DNA from: Iphione sp. A-MEVVRFRX5
Taxonomy: Eukaryota
Length of the DNA: 64,000 nt
NCBI GenBank assembly: GCA_976226885.1
Contig: OZ320316.1
Span: 66,092,001 to 66,156,000 of the forward strand
Direction of reading: 5' to 3'
The translations under genes and the position numbers were made by a program. How positions within the stretch are numbered: position 1 is the first letter of the stretch; each line of letters starts with the position of its first letter. A model generated the notes under the pieces. The model saw only the letters and a program-made list of their open reading frames with translations. It did not search any database and was not told where the DNA came from. Positions 14,463-27,677 of this stretch are shown here, one piece after another.

Positions 14463-14933
14463 CTTAGGAGCATGTTTTCATGGCATATGTTTCCATGGCT
14501 GTGTCTATGAGCCATGTTCGTGTGTTTTCACACTGAGGTATATAAGGTAGACATGAAAACAGCTGTGAAAACATGGAAAATGCTGGAAAGAAGGTAAATA
14601 TAAACTGAAATTGACTGAAAGCAGGCAAATTTCAGGCAAACTGGGACACTCAAGGGAAGAAAATCATGCTAAATCAGCTGAAAAATATCCAGCAAAAATC
14701 ATGCTAAATCAAACTCATTACGAGTGAAGTAAAAGTGAGGAAATATGTTCTTTTGGCATGAAACATAGCTTATATAGCTATTTCCCTCTCACTTTCAGTA
14801 TACTTCTCACAAAAACATGGCTGTGGCACTGTGTTTCCATGGCCGTGTTTCCATGGTATAAGGAAGCAGTCCTGGTATGAGTCATGGCCTCCAATAAATT
14901 ACAAAACAATGGCCGTGAAAACATGAGCCTAAG
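14463..14933. mobile_element. MITE with ~22-bp imperfect TIR (CTTAGGAGCATGTTTTCATGGC)
   Basis: The right end GCCGTGAAAACATGAGCCTAAG is its inverse; shares internal blocks with 9984-10450. No clear TSD. Confidence 0.7.
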
Positions 14934-17900
14934 TTGCCTTTATGAGTGTGGTCCAGGCATATTCATATAGAATATATATTGCTGGGATATAATATGGCCT
15001 AATAAGAAATGCATATAAATACAGTACAAAGTTTACATTATAGTAACATGTTATAGCGGCTGAATAACGGAAAAATTTTGGTTAATATAATATTAATACG
15101 TGAGGGCTGATCTCATTGGACTTACATGCGATCACAGTACTTAAACTATTGATCCATTTTATTGTGGGAACTGTCATGCGGGTGTTCATTAAAGGGAGGA
15201 ACTCACCTGTGTAACCTATCATTAACTTCCCTTGCCTAATTAATGAGTCATAAACCGCATTTTCACATGCATTTTTACATGAACACATGCAGCGTTAGAC
15301 TAACCACTCATTCTTCGAACTATCGGTTCCCATGTTCATTCTCGTTGGGCCACTGTTATTTATTGATATAAAATGTTATAGTCTGAAACTTGACCCTCCT
15401 CCTCAATGATATTAGCCTTCCTTCGGGTCGGTATATCACAGATATAGACATAAAAAACATAACTGTTCTCCTCTCGGAAGAAGGGCATGTATTTTTTCAA
15501 TTGCGCGCAATTTCCTACACATCTCTGCTTAAAGACATTTGATAGAACCTTATCACCATTGCTGGCGCTTTTATGTTCCATTATTGCAGGGGAGTTTTTC
15601 ATTTGAACAGATGAGGTACTTCACATCTCAGCTGCATGTATCATTCAGCCCTACCCTTGCCGGCTGCCTTTAGAAAAAACCCTCGTTACTGTCTCCTTCA
15701 ACAACGCCAAGGACACCACGGGGGAAGATTTAAGTGCCTCCTCGTGCTGAACCGCCAATAGCATTAAGAATTAATCATACACTTGGGCATTGAGCGGGCA
15801 CCCGGCTCATTCCGCTGACATTATGATCTATAATGCCCTATCAGTGGCCCGCTTGCGGCAGGACTGATTTACAGCGCCAGGGACGGGTCTACAGGCAGGA
15901 TTAGCAGCTGATCATCCATATTTATCAGGCCCCAATCGGCTGGGTATAGATAGTAATCTCTGGAGGTGCTCGCCCGCCTGCTTCGCGTTGATAGACCCAG
16001 CGTAGTCCCAGCTTTAAAGTAGACTTCGGGTCAACCCCAGAGAACTGCGGCATATAAATCGGGAGGCAGCGACGCGTGACGCTGATCAAAATATTAGATT
16101 TTTGGACGTTGGCACCAGTTTGACGTAATTAAATATTCAGTAGATGACCTGATAAAGGACCCCCCCCCTCCTTTTTTTAAAAAAAAAGCCGGTTCATTAT
16201 TAAAAAGGAAGAGAGGCAAGCCTGGTGGCGCCGATAGATAATTAATGCTAATAGAATTCGTGTTTTGACAGTCTAGCTTGGTATGATATTAAATCACTCT
16301 GTTGATCTGTCGGCCACAGTCAGAGAACGTGACCGTTGGTGGAATACAGAAGGCATGCATCGGCTGTGACACATCTACCGAGGCTTGCCGTAGAAAGCAT
16401 AACAATCATAAATCGAACACCCGGCGGCAGACGGCATTATCACATCTTAAATCCATCAGTTTAGTCATGCTGTCTCTGTTAGATGCCTTGGATTAGGAGG
16501 ACACATCAACCTGTTGCTTACAGAAGTAGAGTTGACTTATTTCCATGCAGAAAATCGCTGACAGAGATGAAAAAAATTTTAAAATCAAGATGATTTAATC
16601 ACTGTAAGGATATGATGTACACGTGTGTGATTCTGAACCACGTTGTTCATTTAGATAAGGTAAGGTGAAACAGTATGGGCTTTCTACCGCATTTGCATTT
16701 TGTCCACTCGTGACTTTGTCAATTCCCATGCGTTTCCGAAAACATCTCACATGGGACAAAGATGACATGCTTCTTTCGAGATGATTTTAGTGATGATTTG
16801 CCCCATTTGCCAAGTGTATTTGGCTCCGCCGTTCTGATAAGAGGCACTCATGACCTTTGGTCTCTTGTTATTTGCAAGCCGTCACCATGGGCAAATACTG
16901 ATATTGACAACTGGTGGGTTGTCAGCGATAGGCCCCAGCTGTCATGATAGGCGATGGTGAAATTATTTCCTATTTGCGGGAGAAAAAAAGACCAAAGACC
17001 AGTAGAAAAGATAAAAAGGAAGTCCGGAGACAGTTATTTATTTTATTGCCTTTGCAGTCATGACTTAACACTTTCCAGTAGGGTCACCACACGCAACCTT
17101 TTGATTTCCTGGAAAGAAACAACTGACAAAATGCTTAGTAATTATCGTCTTGGTAAGCCTATTATTTGTTTTTATTACATTATTACAATTCATTACTTAA
17201 GGATATATGCCAGTTCGCGTATGTGTGTGAATTATGACCTTTTAAAATCTGACGAAGAGTGACTATCGCCCTTTACTCCTGTACTTGACTGCCGAGTATA
17301 CATTCTCATTTCATTGCTGGCTTCCGAGCGCATCGTCTCCGTTCTCTAAGACTGGGAACATAAATTAGCGTGTCCTGGCGGCAAACGGCTGCGGTACCTT
17401 GAAAGGATGGGCAACAGGCAGTCAATTAGCGTGTATCCTGTAGCTAAATAATCAGGTGTACGCTTCATAAGAGGTAATGTAGCCCGCCAACGTCTTGCAG
17501 CTGATGCTCGGCGAGAGTAATAAGATTAGTCTCAGGCGCAAGACCAGGAGTACAGACAGACGAAACAAACAAGTACTTTTTGCTATTTTCACTAAGGTAA
17601 TTCTAACTACTTTTCCGTGAGATAGTTTACAGAGCAAGGTTATGCCAACTTCTTTTCCATGAGATAGTCGCAGAGCTATATGGTATGTCATGTACCGCCA
17701 AGCGAAGCATACAGTCCCGATGTATGTTTAGCATCCAGGACGCCACCGATGCTTTTCTTTGTGATCGTCTTCTTCATGATTGTGTTCAACTCGTACAGCA
17801 TTTGTTGCAATGTACAATGTAATACCGCACGTCCGCTCAGGGTGAAGAATTAACACTTTTCAAATTGCGCCTTTTCAGAATTGACATTCGATCAAACCCA

Positions 17901-17984
17901 TCGGATGACATCTGAAGCCTGTGGCAATATCATGTCTGCGCCTCTTTTTTTTAAACAAAATTTATAAGCTCGTCCTTTCCATAA

Positions 17985-18623
17985 GGCCCGGTTTCCTTAT
18001 GTGCGGCGACCTGCGTTGGTATCCGTGTGCGTTTCAGTGCGGAGAACGCATCGGTGGGAGGTTCCGCATGCCAACGCACAGGGGTGTCCTCTGACAGCCA
18101 GTGCGGGCCAGTGCGGACCAGTGCGTTGTATGACTGGAAAATATGAAAAACGGCAAAAAAAGTGCCGAAAACCGGCAAATTCCATGCAAATTCCGCCGAA
18201 AAACGGCTAATTTCATGCAAATCGGCCGAAAAACGGCTAATTTCATACAAATTCCGCCGAAAAGCGGCTAATTTCATGCAAATTGGCCGAAAAACGGCAA
18301 AACTGTGCGGAAAAACTCGGGGAAAAAACGACATTGTGCGGAAATGTGCAGATATGTGCGGTATCATCAGTCAAAAGTCAGCCAAATTCAGTCAAAGTCA
18401 GTCAAAATGAGGAAATACCAGTGTGTTTCCCTGCGGAGCCCTGCGGAGCCCTGCGTCTGCGTGGAATTTACGGGAAGGGTCCGAAAATGGGCTCCGCATG
18501 GCTCCGCACACGCACAGCAACGCACATAAGGAACACCTCTCATTAAAATAACCAGGACAGTAAAATTGGTGCGTTTTCCGCGCAGCAACGCACGCATGGC
18601 TACGCACATAAGGAAACCGGGCC
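17985..18623. mobile_element. PIF/Harbinger-type MITE, 639 bp
   Basis: Perfect TIR GGCCCGGTTTCCTTATGTGCG; TAA direct repeat on both sides; internal 30-31-bp tandem repeats and a subterminal TIR copy near 18521. Confidence 0.85.
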
Positions 18624-20590
18624 TAACACTTCATTCTCACTCGACGCCGCATTCATTCAGCCACAGGCATATTGGACCACTTGGAGATTGACATGCTCGA
18701 TATTCGACTTCATCGCCCGGCTATAAAAATCTATGGTAGTCCGTCTAACCTACACCTTTTTCGAACGCCACCAGTCATATTTCTAAGAGTGTTATTTGCT
18801 GCGCGAGGCAGGAGTATTTACTCCTTCCAACCTGTTACCGTACTAAAAGGCTGCCTCCGCTCCATATCAATATTTTAACCTGCTGCAGGCGGTTGTCCCC
18901 TGCCTAGGCAAACAGTCGATGTAATATAGCGAGCGCTATTACATTATTCCTCCCACGGTCTCATATTGAGCGGCCGTGATGTGTCAGTGATGTATCGACA
19001 GCTCCATTTCATCACGCGCTCGGTCCCACGCGTAAAGGGCGGCGGCGGGCGCGCTGACCGCCTTCTCCGAGAATGCCATAACAAAACGGCGCCCGTCACT
19101 GTCCTTCCGGCTTTGGAGGGACACATGGGACCCTTTGCCGAGCGGCAGCCGGTCGAAGGAGTTGCTCATAGAAAGTGGCACCCATACAGACCCGCCGTAA
19201 AGCGCTCAGCAATAAACTGACCTGATCTGCCACCTCATAATATGTCTCGCCTTTCGTCGGGTTCTACCGTTCACTTTCACTGAGCCTACGTATAGGGTGA
19301 ACGTTTCAATTGAGGAGAGAAGGATGGCGAAAAGAAACCACTATGAAACCCATTGTCTTATGACTGATTCAATTATCACTGTAGTAAGGGACCGCTTGAT
19401 AACAATAGCACAAAACACAGACCATGCATAATTGTTGGACCAGCAGAGTTGCTCTTGGGATGCGTTTTGTGGGAGGGAGTGTGGTATTAACAAGTGCCGT
19501 CGGGTCTGAGCATATGCAAGACAATCAGATTTAAGGTTCATTTAGTTGTCTACATCGGATACTCCTTCGCCAGCTGGCTACTAGTGTCAATTAGTGCGGG
19601 CGGGGTAGAGTACCTGATGGATTGCACACTGTGCTTATGGGACGCGCGGCGAGAGTCACTTTAGATGGAGTGTGATGAGGACCCGCCTCGGCCGCCTCTC
19701 GACACGTCACCGACGGCATGTCATCCGCCCATCCGCTGTGAAATTACTTCACCGACGCGTCCTCCCCCTTTAGACACAATTGACGCCTGCAAGGTACTGT
19801 TAGAGCATGAGAAAAAACTCATTTTGCATGGCCGATGGTTGTTTTAATCTATCACCAAATGAAACAGTCATTACGCGAACAAATTGCTCGACAAATGCGA
19901 AGAGAAAGTCCCCCTTGGTTTCGCCATGTTTGCCAGCAAACCGGGAGGCGACCGTGAAATCCTATGACTCCCGTTATGGGCCGAAAGTCTTTTTGGGGTC
20001 CTGTGCGCCCAGTGATACGGTGCACTAATACTAGCCATCTTATCTTCTTCAACATTACTTGTGCATCACACACGTTTTTGACAGTGATCACCTGGCTTGA
20101 TTACGTCATCTTAATCCCGTTTTGTAACACGCCATGATATGTTTGACCTCGTCCGTCGTTGTTCGGTGTTTGACATTATACCCGTTTAGAAACCGTAAAG
20201 ATCACAATTGCGAAAAGCTAAGGACAGAGAGCATTGGCACATCCTGCAAAGGCAGCCTACCGCAGTTTCACTTAACGCGTGTGTATTGCGGCCATTGCCT
20301 TGTCATCGCCGTAGATAGTAGTATAGGGAGAGAGTCTAGAGGCGCAGGCCAAACGGTGGCAGGACGCTTGTCAACAAGGCGATTACGAGCGTGGCTCCTG
20401 AATAATCATGCAGTCAATTATAGACGCGCTCCGTAAATAGCTGCCTAGGGAAATACGAGTGCCCAGTCCGTTTGCGTTCGACACAGACATTTTTTCCCCT
20501 AATCCGTTACAGGTGTTTGACGTTCGACAACAACCTTACTTGATTTGTTTGGACTGTCATTGTTAACTTTTAATTTGGTTTTCTTTGCAG

Positions 20591-20705
20591 AGATTTGACT
20601 TTCAAGAAAGGCGATGTTATTTTACTACGACGGCAAGTGGACGAGAACTGGTACCACGGCGAACTCAGCGGTCAACATGGTTTCTTTCCAGCAACTTACG
20701 TTCAG
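20591..20705 (+). CDS. SH3RF1: SH3RF exon: SH3-1 ([38 protein letters not shown])
   Basis: tttgcag acceptor, gtttgt donor; canonical SH3 motifs. Confidence 0.95.
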
Positions 20706-21474
20706 GTTTGTGGGCACAATACATAAACTACAATTACAGTATGTATATGCATGACAGCGCCATGGTGAAAACTGGCAGACACCGATTTGGCCAGAATGGA
20801 AGATGTATTGAAATTCTGTAGACCAACATTTGTCTAGGTTGCCACGAGTTCATTTGGTCAGCCGGTCGCCGCCATTTTACATTCACGCGGGTCGTGTTCT
20901 GTGGCAGTGCCACTGAATGAAGCGTCTTCTAACACACCCCACGAACACTGTCTGCCTTGGCAGTTCGTGGTGAGCATTGCATGAGCCTATCGCCAAGCAC
21001 CAATGATCAGTCTGCGTATAAGCAGAATGCAAATGAATATCCTACAGCACTGCCTGGGTGGATAATTGTCACTCATTGTCGAGACAAATTGCCAGTGGAC
21101 GGTGGGTGTCAATCGGCTGGAGTAGGGAGACACGGGCCACCAAAGCGAAGCAGATGGCCACTTATGGTAGTAGTTTAAGCAGCGCATAAAGCAGACAAAC
21201 GGGAAGGTATATCAAAGTCACTCTTTGAAAATGTTGCACTTGCGGTCACGCATTAGCGTCGTTTTATAATGGAAATGTTGGTCCGGATTCGAAGTTTAGT
21301 CAGTCAGAATTGCAGAACAGTTGGTACTCGGGGTGCTACATTCGGACAAGTGCTTTGTTAAGTAAGTTCAGGCTCACTTATCATGTGCACGCTTTCTTGC
21401 CTGTATACCGTGTACCTCCGGAAAATCGACACCCCCGGATAACCATGGAGACCCAGTTTCCATGTGTCCGGATT

Positions 21475-21627
21475 NNNNNNNNNNNNNNNNNNNNNNNNNN
21501 NNNNNNNNNNNNNNNNNNNNNNNNNNNNNNNNNNNNNNNNNNNNNNNNNNNNNNNNNNNNNNNNNNNNNNNNNNNNNNNNNNNNNNNNNNNNNNNNNNNN
21601 NNNNNNNNNNNNNNNNNNNNNNNNNNN
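21475..21627. other. Assembly gap (N)
   Basis: N run. Confidence 1.
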
Positions 21628-21800
21628 AAAGAATTTCGACCGAATCTGTTAAAACAGTGTGTTTTGGTCTCAGATAGAATCGGTGCCAGATGGAAAGAAT
21701 TCCACCCAAATGTGTTAAAACAGTGCGTTTTTTGTGCTGATCGGAAAGGATTTCGACTAATTCTGTTAAAACTGTATTTTTGTGCCAATCAGAAAGAATT
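21628..21800. repeat. Degenerate ~47-bp tandem repeat abutting a gap
   Basis: aaagaatt...tgttaaaacagtg unit recurs 3-4 times. Confidence 0.7.
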
Positions 21801-22850
21801 CCAACCAATGCTTTTATTCTTCTAACATGTGTTAGACACTGTTTCTCCTTCTTTAAACAACCATTTCTCCATCCTACTTGTCTGTGGGTGTCCGTGGTCT
21901 GGAAAAAAAGAGAACATTGTCCATTTTCCATCCACATACAGCTCCATACACAGAGCATGGATCTCGTACACATAGAAGGAACCTTGTAGATTCTCCTATG
22001 ATCCTTTTTTCTGGACACACGTACACAGAATCCAGAGAACACGTCTTTACATATGGAAAGTACGCCTGTGTCTGCTTGATTAGTCTAGTGATCCTTCATA
22101 TACGTCTTGTTTCAGTTACAAGACATTTTGTTTCAATTGATTACTGATAATATTAAACTGACGCTATGTAAAATCCTTGTATGTCCAACTGAACTGACTA
22201 CAATTGGTCAGCGGCAATTGTATATCATTCTATAATAGTCCCGTGCTTCAGTTCAACTCATTCATAACATAAGAGACAAAAATGTGTGAACTACTTAACG
22301 GGTTTAGAGTGGGTTTCGTTTCTGTAACTTAGTTTTGGAGGGTACAAAAAGAGCCCTTAGAACATCTTTATAACGAGACTATATTTGAGATTTGAGAGAT
22401 TTTTATATACCTCTCGATGATATTGGTACAAGGAGTTCTTAAATTATTGATTTTTTAACGTTTATTTTACCTGGCTATAAAGAGTCAGAACCAACAAAGA
22501 AAAAATATACATGTAATTATCAACAACATCTAGCAAATCTGTAATATTCAGATAACATTTCCGGGACAACACACATCTTCTGTTACAGCGCAAAGGGCAG
22601 CACATCAAGTATTTGAGCAGCACCAATAGAAAATAGGAATATTGCTAAACAAAATACCACAACCATCGCGATTTTGAAGTTAGACAACATAGTCTTACTA
22701 TGGGACTCTTTAGAAAATGACTCTTTAAGCTATTCTTAAGATCTATCCTGCAAGCGTCTTCAGCGTGTCTCCCTTTTTATTGCGCGGAGATACGTCCAAA
22801 TTTGTATGTAGTGATTACAATGTAAATGGTTCAGCCTTTTATTCGAACAG

Positions 22851-22949
22851 GTCCTTACGCCGCTACCTCAGGAAATCCCAAAGTGCAAAGCTTTGTACGA
22901 CTTCGTCATCAGTGATAAGAATGAGAAGGACTGCCTTACGTTTCAAAAG
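22851..22949 (+). CDS. SH3RF1: SH3RF exon: linker and start of SH3-2 (VLTPLPQEIPKCKALYDFVISDKNEKDCLTFQK)
   Basis: aacag acceptor, gtaagt donor; ALYDF motif; phase 0/0. Confidence 0.95.
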
Positions 22950-25900
22950 GTAAGTGTTCAGCAGTAGGCTTCATATTTAAATTTAAATCGTTGTCCCTCA
23001 CGGTGAATAATGGAGAAGGGAAAATCACGCAGTCTGACACTGATAAAACCGTTATTTTGTTCCTAATATCCATGGGTCTGTGCGCACATGGACAACTAGT
23101 AACGCCCGGAAGAGCTGCGTCATTTTTCCCACTGTACCTGTAGGTTCACCACTTCACTTTCTTATCGGTGGCTACTCTGACAGCCTGAGTCTCTTTTTGG
23201 TACATCGATGGTATTTTGAGCTGATGTTATGAGGCCTTTCCTGACCTGATGATACCATTATGCCTTTTCTCTTCATTCCTCCCGGATTTTGCATTCCTTC
23301 CGCAAACCCGAGTCCTTTATTACGATCTTTAATCAGACAAGTAGTAAGACTTTTTCCTAATAGTTTACGGTCAGAATGGTCCCTGCTCTGTAAATAAGGC
23401 TTTGTGGAACTCTTTTTCACCGCTGTTCTCGTCAAGCAAACCGAATGGAGTCAGATCGTTTTAACACAGACGCTGTTCTCTTGGGACCCAGACAGTGAAC
23501 ATTTGTTTTCCATGCAGGGCAGCGATGCAGGAGTCTAGATATTTCGATCTCAAAAAGCCTACAAGATGCATGTGCAAATTTAGTCACGGTGAGGCATGAA
23601 CATAGTACATGCAGGTTATACATTAAATTACGGGTTATGAGTCAAGTTTATACGTAGACTTTGATGGCCTTACGATTGCAGCCGTCGACGAGGCTTCAAA
23701 CGCTTCAAAGGCGCACCGTCTCAGCTTCAGTGGTCTACGCCTGATCCAGTCGGTAGTAAATGCACGCGGTACCTTTAACAAGAGGTCCTAAGCACAGGCT
23801 GTTTTGGTCGGGACAACAGAAGCGTAAAGAATACATGTTTAACCAGTGTTTTCCCAGTAGGTGGCCTGTCAATCAGGATCAAAGCGAAGCCAAGTAGGCA
23901 GGCAAATCGATGACCGCGGCCGAACAGCTCCATGGTCTGCCCATTCGTATGAGTTGCTCAGTATGAGAACAACTTCCAAAAGCCCTCAGCCGACCCGCTG
24001 AGGTCATCCTCATCCTGCGAATGCCTGATTGAGACCACCTCTTTGACGCAGCAGGTCGGGAGAACTGGGGACTACGAGTCGGAATTGCTTCGCTGTCAGG
24101 CTTAATACGGGGCCGCCACTGAGCGGGAGGCCCGGCCGATCGCCATTCTGTCAAGCTGCTTGTCACAGGAAAGTGGTCCGCCACGCCGGTGGTCGGCGGA
24201 GACGCATCTAATCCGCCTGTCTATCGCTTGACTGGTCACCATGACGACGCCGTATTCGCAGCCTTATCTGACCTCAGGTTATCATCCTTCGGACACCATA
24301 TAGCCATCGGAACATCTAAAATTTACCAGTTTAGCAGCTTAGACTAGGCTTCCTTTCTTGCCCTCGTTATCGTGCACTATACAACCGCACTTGTTTAACC
24401 GTCCCGGCCCCTTTCGCTATAAATTTTCTCGTGATATTAACATAGTGTCTACTCAGTCTCTGTAGGGGAAGGCTATATAGTACAGTTCGGTTAAGGTTGG
24501 TTGTAAAGCCTCACATTTTGAAGCGTATTTAAAGGAGCTATTTAAAGGTCGAACCAGTCCAACCCCCGTCCCTTCACACTCGACGACGAACTGGGAAGGA
24601 GCAGCTCACCAAATGACCATTAAGTCTGCTCGTGGGCGGCATATTCTGGTGGCCCGGGCAGCCTCTGTCGGTGCAGCAGGTAACCGGCCATTGCCGCTAC
24701 AATCACAAAAGCCACTTAAACCGCAGCCACATCGCTGGTTACTGACGTGGACAGCGTCCCCTGATGGAATTACTGCAAGACCTCTACTGCCTGTGTCCCT
24801 GCCCCTGCCCCAACCCCGTCCTTTCCCCTCCCCCCTCCTGAGAAAACGGCGGGTAGTGGAAACCTTCAATCCTGGAAAGGAATAACAGTCCGTTATAACC
24901 AACAGTCAAATGGAAGCCATTGCCATTGCCCTTCGAAAGTGAATAATACCATTTCCTTTAGGACCTTCTATTGTCCACCGACTGGCGAACTTGAATTGAT
25001 AAGGCTCGAGTTTCCATCGATTGCGTGTAGAATAGGTGCTCCTGCTCTGCCGTTAGAGTGGAAATTTACCATGACTGACTGGTGAGAGGCGACCTAAGGC
25101 CAACCATAAATATTTCATCTATATAAATCAGAGTTAACATCAGTGGGTCGACATTTACAGGGGTTTACAGTGGACTCGATAGTTTATCTACGTCAACACT
25201 AAAGGTGTTGCTGAAATGGAATCGAAATTACAGTATGATCATTTGAACACATGGTGACTTTGCAATTACATCTCAATATACATGTACATATATACAAATA
25301 TATGTACATGTATATATATAAGAATGAATTCAGTGACATGTCATGATAGCCCTTGTTCATGTGGTGCTACATTGACAGTCTATATTACAGGCTCCATGAT
25401 TTTTAACAGATATTCAATCGCTGAGGGATTTATTATTGAGACATATTGGGCCATATGATTAGGGAGTTGTTTCTGATGGAAAATATCTAGGCAGTGGATA
25501 CAAAAAAAGTTAGAAGGTTGGCAAACGCACTGCACGGCGAGGTCAGCAGCCCGAATCCTTCAGGAAATAATGCTATTTTTCTACAGTAGGCATACTGATA
25601 CATCGTCATTTTCACCAGAATGCACACAAAGACACTTAACAACCCCAAGGAATTACTGAAAGTCAGTATGGTGCATCAACTACGTAACCTTGCCGACTTG
25701 AGTAGTGTGTTGCTCTCTCATGTACTCCCATTACCAACGTTGGCTCTGATGCAAATTATGCCTGGCACGCCTGGCGGCCATACAATTCATCCCGCCAATT
25801 CCTCAGAGAAGGTTCTTTACTTCAATCAAACTAAGCAGCTGCGAACTGCGTTGATGGCATGGAAGGAGACTAAGACCATGGAATCGGAGAGAAATGGTAA

Positions 25901-27333
25901 ATGGTAAAGGGGGGGGGGAGTATACGAGCTTAAGTGGTGAAGGATAGCCGAAGACAATGGAGAAAATTTATAGGACTGTCTTATACTAAGGCAAACCGCA
26001 TATATCACTTGCTTGACGACAGCGTAGTTGCACACTAATGGAAATACCTTCTTATGGCTACATTGGTATAAGAGAGACAAGAAAGACAAGAATGAGCGAG
26101 AGGCTGCCTCATGTATCATAAACAACAAAGAACAATTCGCTACAACCGGCTATAAGGGGCGTAGTCAGCTATGGAACTGCGAGGAACGCCGAAAAGATTG
26201 TAGCTGCTACAGATGGGTACGTGAGCACGTAGTTTATTATTTTTATTACCACATTGGGCATATTGTTCTGCATCGTACACCCATCCTTAAAGCAATTAAC
26301 CCCCCCCCCCTGGCCCTCCGCTGCTCCATTGGAGGCGTGCTTGGTGCGCTTGGCAACCCTGAAGTGACGCTGAGCATATGGGACCAGTTTTCCCGGCCTT
26401 TCGCGGGGACTAAGCGACACTATCAAGGGGCTTTTTACTATTTTTCCGTGTTGGGATTTGTGGCCGCATCATAAGTGAATCCCTGAGATTGTCTCGGAGG
26501 ATTACAACTGGTTTCACGACACCGCCTGCACATCAGGTTCCCAGGCTTTAAGAGCGTTTTCCATAAGGTCGATTAGTCTTGGGATGTGCAGTGAGTGCTG
26601 ACGCCTCTGACTGAAACCTATGCTAAAATGGGCTAATACATGTACCTGGGCAGTAGTTTAGTCATGATTGAGCATTACAGGTCCATTTGTTTCAATGTCA
26701 ATATAAGCAGTCAAGTGGCCACGATGTCTAGGGACACTGTAGTGTATTTTTGCTGACTCAGCTTCTGCAAACTGGTCAGATTCTAGGTAGGACATTAATC
26801 CCTTTCGTCTTAAACTCGAAAAAAAACTTGCTGTACTTGGCAAATGCTTCTCAGATATGCCAGTCTTGGCCTAGATTCTGCGAAGGGACTACCCACACCT
26901 AACTTGAGATTTGGGTCATTTTAAAATTTATCTTAAGTATCTTATTTTGCTCTTATTTAGCTCATTTTTCGTAACCAGTGCCAAGACCTAGAACTTAGTA
27001 AGTGAACGATGAAATCCTGCAGTGATGTTAGATTTGAATGGAAGCTAGGCAGGTGTTGACAGCTTTTATCTGTTGTCACTCAAGCCCTTCAGCAGTGCAG
27101 GTCTGTAGGCCAAAACGACTACATTTGAGTGTATAAATGCCCCAGTCCATTGCGGTCAGTGCGACAAAGTATTGCTTTGTATTCATAAGTGATGGTTTTC
27201 CTTGATTATAAAAATATTGCGAGTGTCTATTGATAACCTGAAATGTCAGCAATCATCACCTCCTGGGTTTGGCAGGCCTCATTCCTCGGACAAACCTGAA
27301 CAAGACAGCATGCCATTCCCATCCAAGCCAGCC

Positions 27334-27677
27334 ATGAAGCACAGAGACCTCACCTTGAGGGAGAAGGTTGAAATCATACGCAACAGCTCGAATGACAGTC
27401 TGTGCCAGCTGGTTGAACAGTTTGGAGTGGGCAAAACACAAGTTGGCTCAATTCTTAAACACAAAGCAGACATCATGCTTGATTATGAGAAATGTGCAGA
27501 CGCAAGTGCAAAGTGTTGCTGCCTGTCAACCACCTCGTCAACCCTGGATGAAATAGTCTTCTTGTGGTTTTTGAGGATTCATTCCGTGAACATTCCAGTG
27601 TCTGGTCCAATGCTATGCACAAAGGCATTGGCAATTGCAACAGAAGTGGGCATGTCTGATTTCAAGGGACCAACAGG
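27334..27677 (+). pseudogene. pogo/Tigger transposase N-terminus (CENP-B-type HTH domains), truncated before the DDE domain
   Basis: MKHRDLTLREKVEII...QFGVGKTQVGSILK...LDEIVFLWF...NIPVSGPMLCTKALAIA...FKGPTG; similarity stops at the FKAS(N)G position. Confidence 0.8.

Noticed and set aside
14463-14933. TTA/TAA as a Harbinger TSD for the 14.5-kb and 10-kb MITEs
   Set aside because: The triplets are reverse complements, not direct repeats, so they cannot be counted as a TSD.
19665-19793. AG/GT-bounded 129-nt Pro-rich ORF (MECDEDPPRPP...) as an SH3RF cassette exon
   Set aside because: The host intron is phase 2; in that phase the segment hits a TAG, and it would interrupt SH3-1.
23879-24902. 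GC-rich intronic ORFs (also 18944-19220, 29956-30448, 32876-33129)
   Set aside because: No recognisable domain or consistent splice context; they may be old TE fragments or regulatory DNA, which cannot be decided by eye.
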